From Octopus vulgaris (lineage: Eukaryota), in the NCBI GenBank assembly GCA_951406725.2, contig OX597836.1:5456001-5520000 (forward strand): DNA of 64,000 nt. The letters run 5' to 3'. The position numbers were made by a program, and so were the translations under genes. Shown here piece after piece: positions 13,985-28,840 of the stretch; position 1 is the stretch's first letter, and every line of letters starts with the position of its first letter. A model generated the notes under the pieces. The model searched no databases, was not told the origin of the DNA, and saw only the letters and a list, made by a program, of their open reading frames with translations.

Positions 13985-14185
13985 GTAACAGCCAGTGCAC
14001 ATCGTCTGCAAAAACCTGTGTGGGAGTTATATATGAATAGTTCGTGAGTGTATTGTCTTACAATAACCTGGAGACAATTACTATATTTTGTATCCGCCGA
14101 TGAATGAAATATATAAACAAAGACAATATTTTAAAGAAAGTCAAGAGAGCTAAGGTACCATCTCCAAAGAGAATTCCTGCGGTTA
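13985..14185 (-). mobile_element. Very decayed non-LTR reverse-transcriptase fragment
   Basis: Minus strand shows AGILFGDGTLAL followed downstream by FADDV, in the order of the RT motifs GxxQGDxLxP and (Y/F)ADD. Confidence 0.4.
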
Positions 14186-14384
14186 ATCCTAAGATTTCTG
14201 TTTAACTACGAGGCAGGGGTGAAGTTGCTCTACGTGTGGAAAGTAACTTAATGACATCAGTTATGCGTTGAGTTCCACGAACAGAACTCACTCTATTTTC
14301 TCAAATATATTGGCTTTCTAAGACGAAACAAATGTCGTTGCAAAATTATCAAGTTTTAACCACTATTAAGCACCAGTTTGAACC

Positions 14385-14434
<50 letters not shown>

Positions 14435-14445
<11 letters not shown>

Positions 14446-14740
14446 GAGAATGTGTGTTTGTGTGTCTGTCTGTATGTGTGCATCATTATACTCGGGAACT
14501 AACCAAGCGATTTCATTCAACTTTTACGCATGCGTTACTTAGGGTACATGCAGTGTCATGAGTCAAACAATTTTCAACTTCTTGCCTAATGCGATGCCGC
14601 AGCAATCTCTTACACTATTTCAGTATTACGTGTCAAAAGTGAGACAGTAACTTCTCTACTGTAATGTGAGTTACTTTCAGTTTAATACTTTCAGTTTAAC
14701 ACTTTCACTGTTACATACTTTTACTATTAATACTGGAACT
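14435..14740 (+). mobile_element. Probable 5' fragment of a non-autonomous Helitron-like element
   Basis: TATATAATT-GAGAATGTGTG..TCTGTCTG..GCGATTTCATTCAACTTT parallels the 5' architecture of the 18498 and 35779 elements; no 3' CTAG end seen. Confidence 0.4.
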
Positions 14741-14967
14741 ATTAACTCATATATATACATGCATACAGACACACACACATACCTATATACGTATATATAT
14801 ATACATACATATATGCACGTATATATATATAGAGATGTATATGCATACATGCATAAGTATAGATGTATGTGTACATATCAATATATATTTATGTGTGTAT
14901 ATATATTGATTTATATGCATATATAAGTATATATATATACCTATATATGTATATATAATAATAATAA

Positions 14968-15214
14968 ATGCGCCTTTTTAAAGACTAGCCAGGCCTATGG
15001 GCCCGGTTTCCCGGTTTCTATGGCGTATGTGTTCCCCACCTGGACGGGACTCTAGTCCATCGCAGTGTTACACATTTTTGCCAGCTGAGTGTACTGGAGC
15101 AACGTGAAATGAAGTGTTTTGCTCAAGAACACAACGCGTCGCCTGGTTCAGGAAACGAAACCATAATCTTACGATCATGGTGCTGACACCCTGACCACGA
15201 AACCACGTGCCTCC
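14968..15214 (-). mobile_element. tRNA-derived SINE with Meta-like central domain (family C, tail X)
   Basis: Minus GGAGGCACGTGG..TGGTCAGGG..GTTTCGTTTCC..CGCGTTGTGTTCTTGAGCAAAACACTTCATTTCACGTTGCTCCAGTACACTCAGCTGGCAAAAATG; same head and centre as the 45080 copy. Confidence 0.8.
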
Positions 15215-15215
15215 A

Positions 15216-15410
15216 CGAACTGGCAGAAACGCTACGACGTCGGGCGAAATGCTTAGTTGTATGTCGTACGTCTTTACGTTCTGAGTTCAAATTCCGCCGA
15301 AGTCGACGTTGCCTTTCCTCATAAATTAAGTACCAGTTGCGCACTGGGTTACATCTAATCGACTGGCCCCCTCCCCAAACTTTTCTGGCCTTGTGCCTAG
15401 AGGAGAAAAG
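15216..15410 (+). mobile_element. Nin-domain SINE (family B), internally deleted
   Basis: CTGGCAGAAACG..GAGTTCAAATTCCGCCGAAGTCGACGTTGCCTTTC..ATAAATTAAGTACCAG. Confidence 0.85.
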
Positions 15411-15961
15411 ATATATAACCAGAACTAAATGTTTAAATAATTCTAAAACAATTCTCTTCTCTCGTTGTGTCAATTCAAACGAAAAAAAACCTGTTGTTTC
15501 AGCGTCACCGATAACGAGAATTTTAACACTTAGTATTTCTATAAATTGTAGGAGATTTATAATTTCCGCTGAATGAAGTGTGTAATGATCAAACCGCTTT
15601 CATAAACCTCATTTCCGTGAAACCTGTTGGTGGTTATTCGAGATTTTTCTTTTTATCCGGCTGACGGCGACCATGGCGACACATTCCAGTAAGTGGTGTT
15701 TGCGGGTGTGAAATTTTCATCTATGTTAACCCTTGGATCACAATGAGAAGGACACAACAAATAAAGAATCTTATGATTTGCGTTCTTGTTCAGTTCTGTC
15801 GAATTGTCTATGCTTCAGATGTGTTAAGAAGAACCCATATCATACATAGGCAAAACGCGTTGAAAAATCAAATGATATTGCGCGTATTTATGTACATGCA
15901 AGCATAAACACATACACGCATTCGCAAATGTACACACACATACCGGGTATACATACACATG

Positions 15962-16015
<54 letters not shown>

Positions 16016-16231
16016 GTATATATGTATATATATATGTCTGTGTGTGTGTATTAGAAGGTTTGGGGTGATGTACAGGTATTTTATAATAGAAAATACGAGG
16101 TACTCAGAAATTCGGATGGTTACATATTTACAGATATTTAATTGTATATTATGATTTTAGACATCATATATCATAAATCATATATATCATATATTAGCGC
16201 TTTCATCACTTCTAGTGGAGTTTTCAAATTG

Positions 16232-16281
<50 letters not shown>

Positions 16282-16452
16282 TAATAATATTAGTGAATAA
16301 ATTATTATTTCAACCTTACAGGTAAAATTCATTATAATAATATTAGACCGAATTTCGTAATATGTAATATAGAATATATGTATATAACTAATAAAGTTAT
16401 ATAGATATGTATATGTGAGTATACATGCATGTATATGTCTATAGCTGTATAA

Positions 16453-16504
<52 letters not shown>

Positions 16505-16654
16505 TATGCGTATGCCTGTGTGTATATATATATCTGTATACATATAATTGTGTACGTAATAAGATTCATCATTGTCTAGAATAAGACATACGAACCTGTG
16601 TATATTCATATATTTACAACCTCACACGCACATACACGCACTCACAAACATATA

Positions 16655-16840
16655 TGTATGTATGCATGTATGTATGTATGTATGTATGCATGTATGTATG
16701 TATGTATGTATGCATGTATGTATGTATGTATGTATGTATGTATGTATGTATGTATGTATGTATGTATGTATGTATGTATGTATGTATGTATGCATGTATG
16801 TATGTATGTATGTATGTATGAATTTATGCATGTATGTATT
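16655..16840. repeat. (TATG)n microsatellite
   Basis: Direct reading. Confidence 0.95.
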
Positions 16841-17563
16841 TATCATGATGAATTTTAATATTAAATAAAATAAGACTGAAAGAATTTTAGGAAACTAGGG
16901 AACTTTAATGAAAAAGTTAGTTTTGGGAAAATTCTTATCAGAAATTTTAAAATGAAGGAACTAAATTGAAAAGAACGATCTTAGAGAAAAAAAAATTAAT
17001 AAATGATCACAAGCTATAAATAAATTCCGTTTTCAAAATTAAAAATAAGACGAACTGAAATTACATTAGCGCAGTAATTAAGTGGTAATATGAAATCCTT
17101 AATCCTAAAGTGAATCTCAGTGATGTTTGATCGTTAATCGTGATGAATTTTGCCGGTGATAGATGTTTCGCCAATCGATGTGCCTGCATTGAATTGGAAA
17201 CGAAGGAAGTAACATAAAAACAGATGTACACACTTGCATACAAACACGTACACAGAATTGTGAATATATGTAAATGTATGTATATGTATGCGCGTGTGTG
17301 TGTGTGTGTGTGTGTGAGCGTGCGTTTGTGTGTGTGTGTGTGTGTGTATAAACATCCGTGCACGCATGAAGATATATTTATATTAATATATACATACATA
17401 GGAACTTACACGCATATATTCGTATATAAGAGTCCTCACTCGTACGCACGCGCACTCACACACACACATGAACTGTTGAACCTCTCACATTGCCGTTATG
17501 TGCCTCTCATTTTCTCTCTTTCTCTCTTCCTCTTTCACTCTTTCTCGCTCCGTAATTATATAC

Positions 17564-17637
<74 letters not shown>

Positions 17638-17706
17638 TATATATACATATATTTGTGTGCATATATATACATACATACATATACATACATATACATACAT
17701 ATAAAA

Positions 17707-17936
17707 GGCGGCGAGCTGGCAGAAACGTTAGCACGCCGGGCGAAATGCTTAGCAGTATTTCGTCTGCCGTTATGTTCTGAGTTCAATTCCGCTGAGGTCG
17801 ACTTTGCCTTTCATCCTTTCAAGGTCGATAAATAAAGTACCAGTTACGCACTGGGGTCGATGTAATCGACTTAATCCGTTTGTCTGTCCTTGTTCGTCCT
17901 CTCTGTGTTTAACCCCTTGTGGGTAGTAAAGAAATA
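17707..17936 (+). mobile_element. Full-length Nin-domain tRNA SINE (family B)
   Basis: GGCGGCGAGCTGGCAGAAACG..GAGTTCAATTCC..GCCTTTCATCCTTTCAAGGTCGATAAATAAAGTACCAG (Nin-domain-like)..AAAGAAATA; many copies in the window. Confidence 0.9.
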
Positions 17937-17973
17937 TATATATACATACATATATATATATATCTGTCTCATT

Positions 17974-18034
<61 letters not shown>

Positions 18035-18497
18035 CATGACTGTGACTGTGAGTGTATGTTTGCGGGGTGTATGTATATATGTAAAGTGTGGGTGTGTAAA
18101 GATGTGTGTGTGTGCGTGTGTGTGTGCGTGTTCATGCGTGTATGTGTGCGTGTGGGTGTGCGCGGGTACCTGTGTGTGCGTGTGTGTACATAAAGAAATA
18201 CAATCCTGCGTTCAGCCTTTCTTCTGCAAAAAAAAAACTCTCCTGTTAAAATTTTCAATTAATTATAAAGCCATTTAAATGCATACCAGCTTTTGTATAT
18301 AATATAGTGCGCATACTTCTGTACTTTTTAGCCGTACACTCTGTTATACATCATCTTTTACATAAGGGCGGCCATTGGTGGTGCAGTGCATGTACGTGTG
18401 TACATGTGTTACTAAAATGTTGCTTGTTGTACATCTTTGAAGCTGCGAGGTGTGGAGAAAACTGGTGAAGAACCAAAACTTTTAGAGAATATATTTA

Positions 18498-18879
18498 TCT
18501 CTCTATATATAAACGGCAGTTTGTCTGTCTGTGTTTCTGTGTGTCTGTTTGGTTGTACCCTCACCCTGACCACGGCTTTCAACCGATTCTGATGAAACTT
18601 GACACACACATAGCCCAATGTCATAATTCAAAACTAACGCAGCGAAAATTTTGAAAAGTTCCCCCAGTTCTGAAAAAAATCGATAAATTCGACATGGGGT
18701 CGAGAATCAGAAACACAAACCACAGACTGTCTAGGGGACGCAACTCGACCTTTTTAACTAAAAAAAATTTATCATCATTTTTTTTTCCATTTCTTTGCTA
18801 TTTTTTGGCTATAACTCTCTAAAAATGCTTTATAGTTATTTCCCTTACAAACCCGAGCAACGCCAGGCGATACTGCTAG
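18498..18879 (+). mobile_element. Complete non-autonomous Helitron-like element
   Basis: 5' TC(TCTC)TATATATAAA, 3' GC-rich subterminal CCCGAGCAACGCCAGGCG then CTAG; sits between A and T with no TSD. Confidence 0.85.
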
Positions 18880-19114
18880 TTATCTATAAAATAGAAATAT
18901 TACATTTGTAAATATCTGAAAGAGATATAAGCAGTGGTGGTACGATAGATCAGTTGTACACTGTCAACTGAATGTGACAGTCCCATGAAGCGAATCACAT
19001 CACTGGTATTTAGCCCTGGGAAGCATCAACGCTTTCTGTCGGCCTTGACACATTTCCTGTGTCCTTATTGCTTACAAGGGGGAGACAAGCATCCCCATCC
19101 AGCTAAGCCTGCAA

Positions 19115-19154
19115 CCAGAGACTAGTTTCTGATTCTTGCGCGTCATCAGTCTGG
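19115..19154 (-). ncRNA. Minimal type-I hammerhead-like motif with intact core
   Basis: Minus CCAGA-CTGATGA-CGCGCAAGAATCA-GAAA-CTAG-TC-TCTGG: perfect 5 bp helix I, canonical CUGAUGA/GAAA/GUC, palindromic helix III ACTAGT; helix II not paired. Confidence 0.7.
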
Positions 19155-19802
19155 AGTACCGACGACAAAGTTATATACGTGTGTATGCGTGTGTGTATAT
19201 ATATATGTATATATGTGTATGTGCTTGTGTGTGTGTAAATATATATATATATATATGTATATATATGTGTGTGTGTGTGTGAGTGTGTAAATATATATAT
19301 ATAAGTGTGTGTGTATGTGTGTGCGTGTATGTGTAGGCTATATTAAATCTCCAATTATAGTTTATACACTGTTCCATCTGTTCCTCGAGTATGTGATATT
19401 CCATCAACAGAGACAAATAGGGAAACACAGGGAAAATGAAAATGGTGTTTATTAATGAGATGACCACATAGAATGGTAGAATGGAGTAAAAGGAGAAAGA
19501 GATGGAAAGAATGAAGAAAAGAAGAAGTATAAAAGTTTGTAGTCCAACTTTCCGAATTTATAGAAACAAGAGCATGAGTCCTTAGATGCAATCCTGCGTA
19601 GATCCACGAGTTTAAGTACTGGGGTGTAATCCTGCACAGATCCATGATGGTTAAAATCCTGATATAGTAGACATCCAGAGACAAAAGAAGCGAACATATC
19701 AACGTTCAATAACAGAACCCATTGCCTTAAATTTTGTTCTCCACTTTAACAATTATATAGATAGATAGATTGATAGATATAGATATAGAAATATAATATA
19801 CT

Positions 19803-19905
19803 CGATGGGCTTCTCTCAGTTCCTGTCTACCAAATCCGCTCATAGGGCTCTGCTTGGCCAATTTCTCGAGGTACAACAGAGTGGAACTGAGCTCGGAAAC
19901 AAGTT
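19803..19905 (-). mobile_element. Decayed family A SINE head fragment
   Basis: CGATGGGCTTCTCTCAGTTCCTGTCTACCAAATCCGCTCATAGGGCT matches 4383-4440. Confidence 0.7.
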
Positions 19906-20304
19906 CTTTGGAGGCAATCTTCACACACACACACACACACACGCGCACACCTATGCCTGCTCCTTAGTATGGAGGAATGCAAGCGTGTATATATGTGTTT
20001 GCAATATAAATCGTCCAATCACAGTCGCCCATGCTGGGACAACTTTGATTGATATTCATTGTCCGTGACCTTAACTAGATTCCAGAAACACGCGCTATAC
20101 CAATCCTTTTAACGGTGTGTATGTTATGAATATATACATACATACTTAAGCACCCACACGCTAACACACGCACAAAGCCACACACACACATACATACATA
20201 TATTTAAAAATGTGCGCGTCAGTGTGTGTGTCCGCGCGTGTCTTGTGGTGGTGGGTATTTGAATGTATGCATACATACATATATGCTTGCTTATACATAC
20301 GTAC

Positions 20305-20364
<60 letters not shown>

Positions 20365-20567
20365 GCGTGTGTTTCTGTGTGTCTGTGTGTGAGCATGCGT
20401 GTAAGTATAATTGTTTTCTTGATTGAAATTGTTTACACGCATCCACACATTTCGCGTATGGGTATATACATATAATTCTATGTATATATATATAAATAAT
20501 ATAATATAATATAATATAATATATATAGAGAGAGATAGATAGATACATATATACATATAATTATATG

Positions 20568-20607
<40 letters not shown>

Positions 20608-21327
20608 AGTGTGTGTGTATGTGTGTGTGTATGTGTGTGTGTGTGTCTGTATGTAAGTGTGTATGTGTGTTTTCATTAACCTCAGTAGTTGCATCTAGTT
20701 CGTAAAAAAAATAGGTTTAAAAAGGAGTACGTGAGAAAATCTGATGTGTAGTTGGTGTTGGTAGATTCATCCTTAATAATACTTCCCGGTTTTTCTGGCT
20801 GCGAGCGATCCGCAGGAATGTAATTACACAAATTATATCGTTTTCTCCTGTCACGTGACATTTGCATGATTCTTTTTAATTGTATTTTAAATAATGGGTT
20901 GTCAATCTAAATGAAAACCTTAAAGCTATATTCACTTTCCTTCTTTAATTAAGAAATATATCACGATATTTATTTTCATTTCTGTTGTTTTTTCAGATGA
21001 TTCGATTGTCGTTACTTAGTACTAGTTTCTTCATGAACGACTAGACCTTTATATGTATCTGTCTGACTACATCCAGTATCTCTCCCTTATTCTGAGGTAT
21101 TAAATATTTCAGATTATAACTTCAGTCTGTATCTGTTACTTTTTAAGCTGGTTGAATTTCATACGAGGGGTTTTTAAATATTTTTTTGGCTACAATTTCT
21201 AGTAACCTGATCGAAATAATATAGATATGGTTCATAGTTGGTTTCTTGTCGCCATGTTTACTGGTGTTTGGGTGCTGATTGTAATGGTTGTTGCGGTAGT
21301 GGATGTCGAGGTAATACTGTACTAATA

Positions 21328-21551
21328 TATTTCTTTACTACCCACAAGGGGCTAAACAAAGATAGGACAAACAAGGACAGACAAAGGGATTAAGTCGATT
21401 ACAGTGTGAAACTAGTACTTTATTTATCGACCCCGAAAGGATGAAAGGCAAAGTCGACCTCGGCGGAATTTGAATTTAGAACGTAACGATAGACGAAATA
21501 TCGCTAAGTATTTCGCCCGGCGCGCTAACGTTTCTGCCAGCTCGACGTCTT
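21328..21551 (-). mobile_element. Full-length Nin-domain SINE with 14 bp TSD
   Basis: Homologous to 17707-17936; ATACTGTACTAATA at 21314-21327 and 21552-21565. Confidence 0.92.
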
Positions 21552-21944
21552 ATACTGTACTAATAGTAACACTGTAGGCTTCATGGCGGTGGTGTTTGTT
21601 GTGTTTGTGGTGGCGCTGCTAGTGATGGTAGCGGTGGTTGTGGTGGTGGTGGTGGATAAGTTTTGTTGAGGTGGACGTGCTTGTTTTGTTGTTCAAACCT
21701 AGATCAGCTCTGAACATTCAGTCCAATAATCCGACGTATTTCATGTATTACTACCGCTTCTCTTTCTCTTCCTTATCCTCAGACCTAGTATATCTTTCAA
21801 CGCTTCCTTCAATGTTTCCCCTCCAAGTTTTAGATTGTAGCTTACAATATGATGGAAAATTTGGCTACCCTTTGTAGCAAGTCAAGAAATCCCAGAGAAT
21901 GCATATTTGGCTTTCACTTTCAGTCGTAGATGTTGTTGGTGATC

Positions 21945-22320
<376 letters not shown>

Positions 22321-22391
22321 CAGAGAATTGTACTTGCATAGCAAGTGGCTTGATCTGACATCGTGCGCTGAAACAAAAACAATTGCAGAGT

Positions 22392-22557
22392 GGAAGGTGT
22401 TTATAAGCCACTTAAAAAATAATTACGAAATTTTGTCAGAGACCAGGTCGCGGTTTCAAAGCGAAGAAAATATTTTGACACAAATTTACTTTAAATATTG
22501 AAGTGAATCTAACGGTTTTTGTGTGTGTGTTTTTTTAATTGCTTATAAACACGTTCC
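22392..22557. mobile_element. Internally deleted copy of fold-back MITE family
   Basis: Inverted ends GGAAGGTGTTTATAAGC / GCTTATAAACACGTTCC; right arm TTGAAGTGAATCTAACGGTTTTTGT is shared with the 25155 element. Confidence 0.75.
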
Positions 22558-22716
22558 TCTTAGGAAATGTTATTTATATATACACGTATACGTATTAGAT
22601 TCCTATCTCCCCTCCCTGAAGAATGAGGCTCAATTTTTCCACTATATATTTCTTCCCATTACGGGTTGCAGTATATATGTATCTATGTATGTATGCATGT
22701 ATGTGTGTATGTATGA

Positions 22717-22803
<87 letters not shown>

Positions 22804-22895
22804 ATCCAAACATGAAAGCACAAAAAACACAACAGCGCGAGGACGTGGAAAAAATATAGTATTATTGGACGCTCAGGAAAGAAGGAAAGAAGGGG

Positions 22896-22932
22896 TGTTT
22901 AACGTTTCGAGCAAAGCTCTTCATCGGAAACA
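22896..22932 (-). ncRNA. Minimal hammerhead-like motif, family H copy 1
   Basis: Minus TGTTT-CCGATGA-A-GAGC-TTT-GCTC-GAAA-CG-TT-AAACA: 5 bp helix I, 4 bp helix II, palindromic ACGT helix III. Confidence 0.7.
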
Positions 22933-22996
22933 TATATATATATATATGTATATATATATATGCATATATATAAATGTATATAAATATATGCATATG

Positions 22997-23071
<75 letters not shown>

Positions 23072-23785
23072 CCATACACCGAAACATACACACACATATA
23101 TATATAAGCATATGAGTAGACGTTTCCGTTGCTTTTAAATCTGTAAGAAATGACAAAATCTTCCTTAAGTCACATCACGCCATCTTCAAAAGAGAAAGAA
23201 ATAAACGTTGCTAATGTAATTCTAAATACTTTATCACCGAAAGTACAAGATATACGCAGCTGGAACACTTTTCAACAGACGTACAATATCTCAGTGAGCC
23301 ACAGCTAAATAATTGAGACATGTGATCAAATATGCTTTCACCAATTTGCACAAACCTATTTAGAAATAGTTTGGCAAATTCTGCAATAACGTAACGTAAT
23401 TAAGAGTTGAAAATCTTTTTCTATTGTACATTCCGATATAGGTTTCCATTTCACAGCCGTCTGCAGATGCCCAGCATGAAACACAATACGTGGTCTTAAA
23501 CATTATTCTCTGTGAAGTCAGCAGTTCGTGTATAGTGATTTTAATGTGATTATTAAACTTTTACTTTGATTAAGTCGATAAATTTGATGTCTATTCGATC
23601 ATATGTTAACAGAGAATGTCTACTGTTATTTTGTCAGAATTTGTTGAAAAGTTTCCAAGCTTATACAAATGTATACGAGCGAACGTAAATCATACAGGTA
23701 CACGAATTTAAAGACACACACACGCATATATAAATATATATATATATTTGTATGCATGTGTGTGTATATGTACATAAACACATAC

Positions 23786-23836
<51 letters not shown>

Positions 23837-23924
23837 CATATATATGTGTAAATAAAGTTCCTGTATACATATATAAACACACATATATATACGTACATAT
23901 ATGTATACATGTACACACACATAC

Positions 23925-23995
<71 letters not shown>

Positions 23996-24554
23996 ATATA
24001 TGCGTACATATATATGTCTGTATGAATGTATATGTATGTATATATACAGGCAAACACACTCGCGTGCCATACACGCGCGTATACGTATATACCGGCTTTA
24101 AACAAGATCGGTAAAACTCCAAACTTTCGTATACTCTATAGAAATTATATTTGGTTTAGCGAAAGAAAATTAATATAAATTATTTGAAATCAATAATGAA
24201 TTTTTTTTCTGAGGAAAGTAAAGCAAATTCAAATATATATTTTTAATAAGTGATAATAATTCTGTAATATATAACACGACAAATTTAGTTTGGAATTACA
24301 TATAGATACAACATAGAGATAGAAATAGAGAGTTTGTGTAATTTATGAGAATTTTTAGAAAAGGTAAATATAATATGAAACATATTTGTTATACATGGAT
24401 ATGTATCCAAAGAACATAAAACTTTACAAGGATGTGATAACAAATTATTATTTAGAATGATAAAAAAATACAATTAAATATAAATTTAATATAGTGACAC
24501 AGAATTATATTTATTTATATAAAGACACACGTAGAAGCACAGACACAAAAACCC

Positions 24555-24601
<47 letters not shown>

Positions 24602-25105
24602 TGTGTGTGTATACGTATATATATGTACACAGATATACATATATATACATATATATATATGTATGCATATATACACGTACGTATCGATGTATGTGTGTGT
24701 ATACGAATATACACACAGAGGGATATAGTTAGAAGGATAGACACTTATATGAGAGTTGGTTGTGAACATGGTGTAAATATGAAAACGTAATATATATACG
24801 AAAGCCCAAACCAAACAAAATATACAAGCAAATACACACAGACACACAGACACACACAACACAAATACACATATCCATATTCATCACTGTATGTCTGACT
24901 ATCTACATTTGTATCTCTCACGTTCTCTTACACACCACTCTCTATCCCTATATATATACATACATATATATATATATGTACACGCATACATATATATATA
25001 TATATATGTATATATAGTTTGAATTTACAGAAAAACAAAAGACGAAGAAAGGTGTATAAACAAGAAACAGGTATATTTGTTTGGCGCTCGACAATGTGAG
25101 AAAGT

Positions 25106-25141
25106 CTTTTACGTTTCGAGTCTACGCTCTTCAGCAGAAAG
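25106..25141 (-). ncRNA. Minimal hammerhead-like motif, family H copy 2
   Basis: Minus CTTT-CTGCTGA-A-GAG-CGTAGA-CTC-GAAA-CG-TA-AAAG. Confidence 0.6.
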
Positions 25142-25154
25142 GAACACCAAGAAA

Positions 25155-25371
25155 TAAGCCATTTAAAAACAAACAAAAACCGTTAGATTCACTTCAACAG
25201 TAAAATGTAACTTGCCAAAAAATTTTCGTCGCTTTGAGACCGTGAACTGTTCACTAGCTTGGAGTTTTGTCAGTGAACAGATCGCGATCTCAAGCTACGA
25301 AAATATTTTGGCACATTAAATTCAAATGTTGAAGTGAATCTAACGGTTTTTGTTTGTTTTTAAATGGCTTA
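25155..25371. mobile_element. Fold-back MITE-like element
   Basis: Perfect ~45 bp inverted arms TAAGCCATTTAAAAACAAACAAAAACCGTTAGATTCACTTCAACA / TGTTGAAGTGAATCTAACGGTTTTTGTTTGTTTTTAAATGGCTTA, with imperfect pairing continuing almost to the centre. Confidence 0.88.
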
Positions 25372-25767
25372 AAAACACCTACCACGCTGCGTAAGTTGAT
25401 ATATCAAATGCAACAGTTTCGGTGTGAAATACAAAATATGCATATATATGTTAACATGCAAAGCGAGAGAAAGTAAAGTTGAGATTTTCAGACAATGAAT
25501 TTTTAAGTATAATATATATAGTTGCTTGTATTAATATATACAACTTGCACAGAGTACAAACGAAAGAGCTAAATTAAAGGTGCGCAAGACAGGTGTTTTA
25601 AATCTAACAGTTGTTTTTGGAGATTTTGAAGTCCATCATAATTTTGGTAGTTGTGGTTTATCAAAATATGCAGCCGTTGTGGAAGTAATGAACATTAGAA
25701 AAGAAGAGGTTCCCCCTGACAGTGTAGAAAAGAACATATATTTACAGATCTACATATATACGTATAC

Positions 25768-25821
<54 letters not shown>

Positions 25822-25922
25822 ATATCTATCTGTCTACGTATCTATTTATATATCTACCTGTCTACTATATATATAAACAATATATATATGGCCACAGCTC
25901 GTGAGCTGAAACTAAATAAATA

Positions 25923-25976
<54 letters not shown>

Positions 25977-27198
25977 GTACATATATGGCGATTAAAATCA
26001 AAATAAGCAACAAGGATATCCAGAGGTAATACAGTACGAACGTTTCATGCGCCGCCATTTAATTGAACAATGCAGTCATTTCATTACATCAATTTTAGAA
26101 TGTAGAGCAATCTACAGTTCAACAAAGATATTGAATTTAATTAAATGAGGACACATTAGTATAATTTTAGCCAAAACTGTGCATATGTACATACATGTAT
26201 ATATATATATGTGTGTGTGTGTATGTATGTATGTATACTCACACACAATCTACAATGTGAGACATACCTGTTTTATATTAAGAATTTTAGTTTTATATAA
26301 TATGCTTTAATCATGATTTATATATTATTTCCCGTAGTGTACACACACACACACGCACGCACATTTATATATATGCATACATATATATACATTTATGGAA
26401 ACATACATGCATATAAACATGCATATAGATAGATAGATAGATGGAGAGACAGTCAGGCAAACAGACAGACAGAAAGACAGATAGACAGATGTCTAGCTAG
26501 CTAGAAAGATAGATAAAAATAGACGCCGATATGTCAAATTTATATATATATATCCGTACACTTATATATATACCAAAATATAGCCTATATTTTTCATAAT
26601 GTTTTATCATAAATAGATTTTCTAAAATTCTCATAAATTTTAAAATATTCCTACATTTTTGTAATATATATTGATATTGCAGGTACGTGAAGTTTATATC
26701 TAAAAATATCGCATTATATATTGTATCATTATTACGATTTCCTTTTTCAAAATACATTTTAATTTCTGGAAGTTATTATTTTTTTTTCACAAAAATATTA
26801 TTTTATATCTATTTATTTCCAATATTCTTTTATTATATAGCTTTTGTTAAACCGTTGATAATATTCATTGAGCTATTGAAAATTTTGAAAATTTTGTTAT
26901 TTTGGTTAAGAAAAATATAATAAACGAACATGGATTTTTACTTTATAGTTTTAAAAAGACCGTTTGTTTCCATAGAAATAGTAATTTAATATTTGTCTAC
27001 TAAATGTCTGTATGGTTCCCAATAGTTTTCAAAGCAGAATTACTACCGCGCTCTTCCAACGTTAACTAGAATAAATAACTGTTATTCACACACATATACG
27101 TGTGTATATGTGTGGGAGTGTGGTGGCTCGTGTAGCCGTGCGTGTTTATGAATGCATGAATATGTAACTGTACTTTGCATACGTAGAAGCATACATAA

Positions 27199-27232
<34 letters not shown>

Positions 27233-27617
27233 CTATATATATATATATATATTTATATATACATATATATGTATATATATATATACATATATAGGTATAT
27301 ATATATATTTACATATATATATATATAAATATTTACATATATATATATGTATATATGCATGTGTGTATTTATATATATATATATATATATGTGCAGTTTT
27401 TTATATTATTCTGATGCATAAAATATGTTCATAGCATATTTTGGTTAATATGGTGGTGAGTAGTATCACATACACATATGCATGTACATTGTACATTCAC
27501 ACACACGCGCACACACATATATTAATTTTTGCACAAACACACACACACAAACACACACATATACATATATATATATATATATATATACATATATCTTATA
27601 TATATAGATAGATAGAT

Positions 27618-27719
<102 letters not shown>

Positions 27720-28840
27720 AAATAACATGTATTTATATATAACCGTACACATATATATTGAAATATAGCCTACTTATGTACGTACATATATAGTCAGGTG
27801 TGTGTACACACACACACACATATACATATATTTGTATTTTTATGCATGTATAAATTCATGCAGGTGTACATGTATTTATATATACATGTATGTATGTATG
27901 TGTGTGTGTGTGTGTGTGTGTGTATAGATGTCTATATAACTGAAGCCCATATAATCTCTCATGTACGTATTCAGAAGTGTGCAACACACATGTTTACGTC
28001 GGAATATTATGTATCTGAATGTATCTTATATTGTTCCGTCGACGTTTCTTTGATATATCTGTTATTAAATATATAACAATGCTTCTTCATTTAATATCCA
28101 GTGTTGTTTTTAATATGCGTTATTTCCTTTATTTTAAAAATCTCCGATATATTTCGTTCTTGTGTTGCTATGCGGAAAATGGAAGACACAAAGAAAGAAT
28201 AACAAAAAAAAAACAGTTTTTATATGATGTTTTTGTTTCAGCCATTTCAAATATCTTAGTAAAAACTTCACGAATGCATTGCGAAAATATTTCCGTTGGT
28301 GGAGAATAGTTTGTTTGTTTTTTGTTATAGCAACTGATTTGAATTTTTTTTACCATTTTATAATATTTTTTTAGAGGAAGAAAGAGAGTTATCATGGCCC
28401 TTTTCTCGTCCTTTCACAGAGGTTGTTGCAGACGATACAAAACTTTAACATCCTCAGGTCAGTCATTGTCTGTAGAAATAAAATGTAGCTCTCGAGATGG
28501 AATCTGGGTTCTGGTTGCAACGATACGGACAGAATGAATTCTGTTAAAAACAGCCAAAGCAGTGGTGTCCTCGAGCCGAACGGTTTGATGTTAAGGTGAA
28601 TATTGCGTAAAGAAAGAAACCTGATAGAGCCTGAACATAGTCAGATGCTGTAAATTTTGGCCATGCGATGCAACAACAATTTAGCTGGTCTGAAAAAAGG
28701 GAAGGTACATATAGTGCGCCAGTGTACTTTTCAACCATTTGAGCGTTTATAAATCTTAGTTGAGTGAAGTAAATCTCGGAATGATGATGTTAAACTGATC
28801 CGGATGATGATAACCAGGGCGAAATTATTAACAATTTTTT

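Noticed and set aside
18589-18600. CTGATGA match as a hammerhead core
   Set aside because: Lies inside a Helitron-like element; no helix II or NUH arrangement follows
28420-28457. 38 nt micro-exon candidate (CCTTTCACAG ... CAG/GTCAGT)
   Set aside because: Splice-like signals only; no recognisable peptide or partner exons
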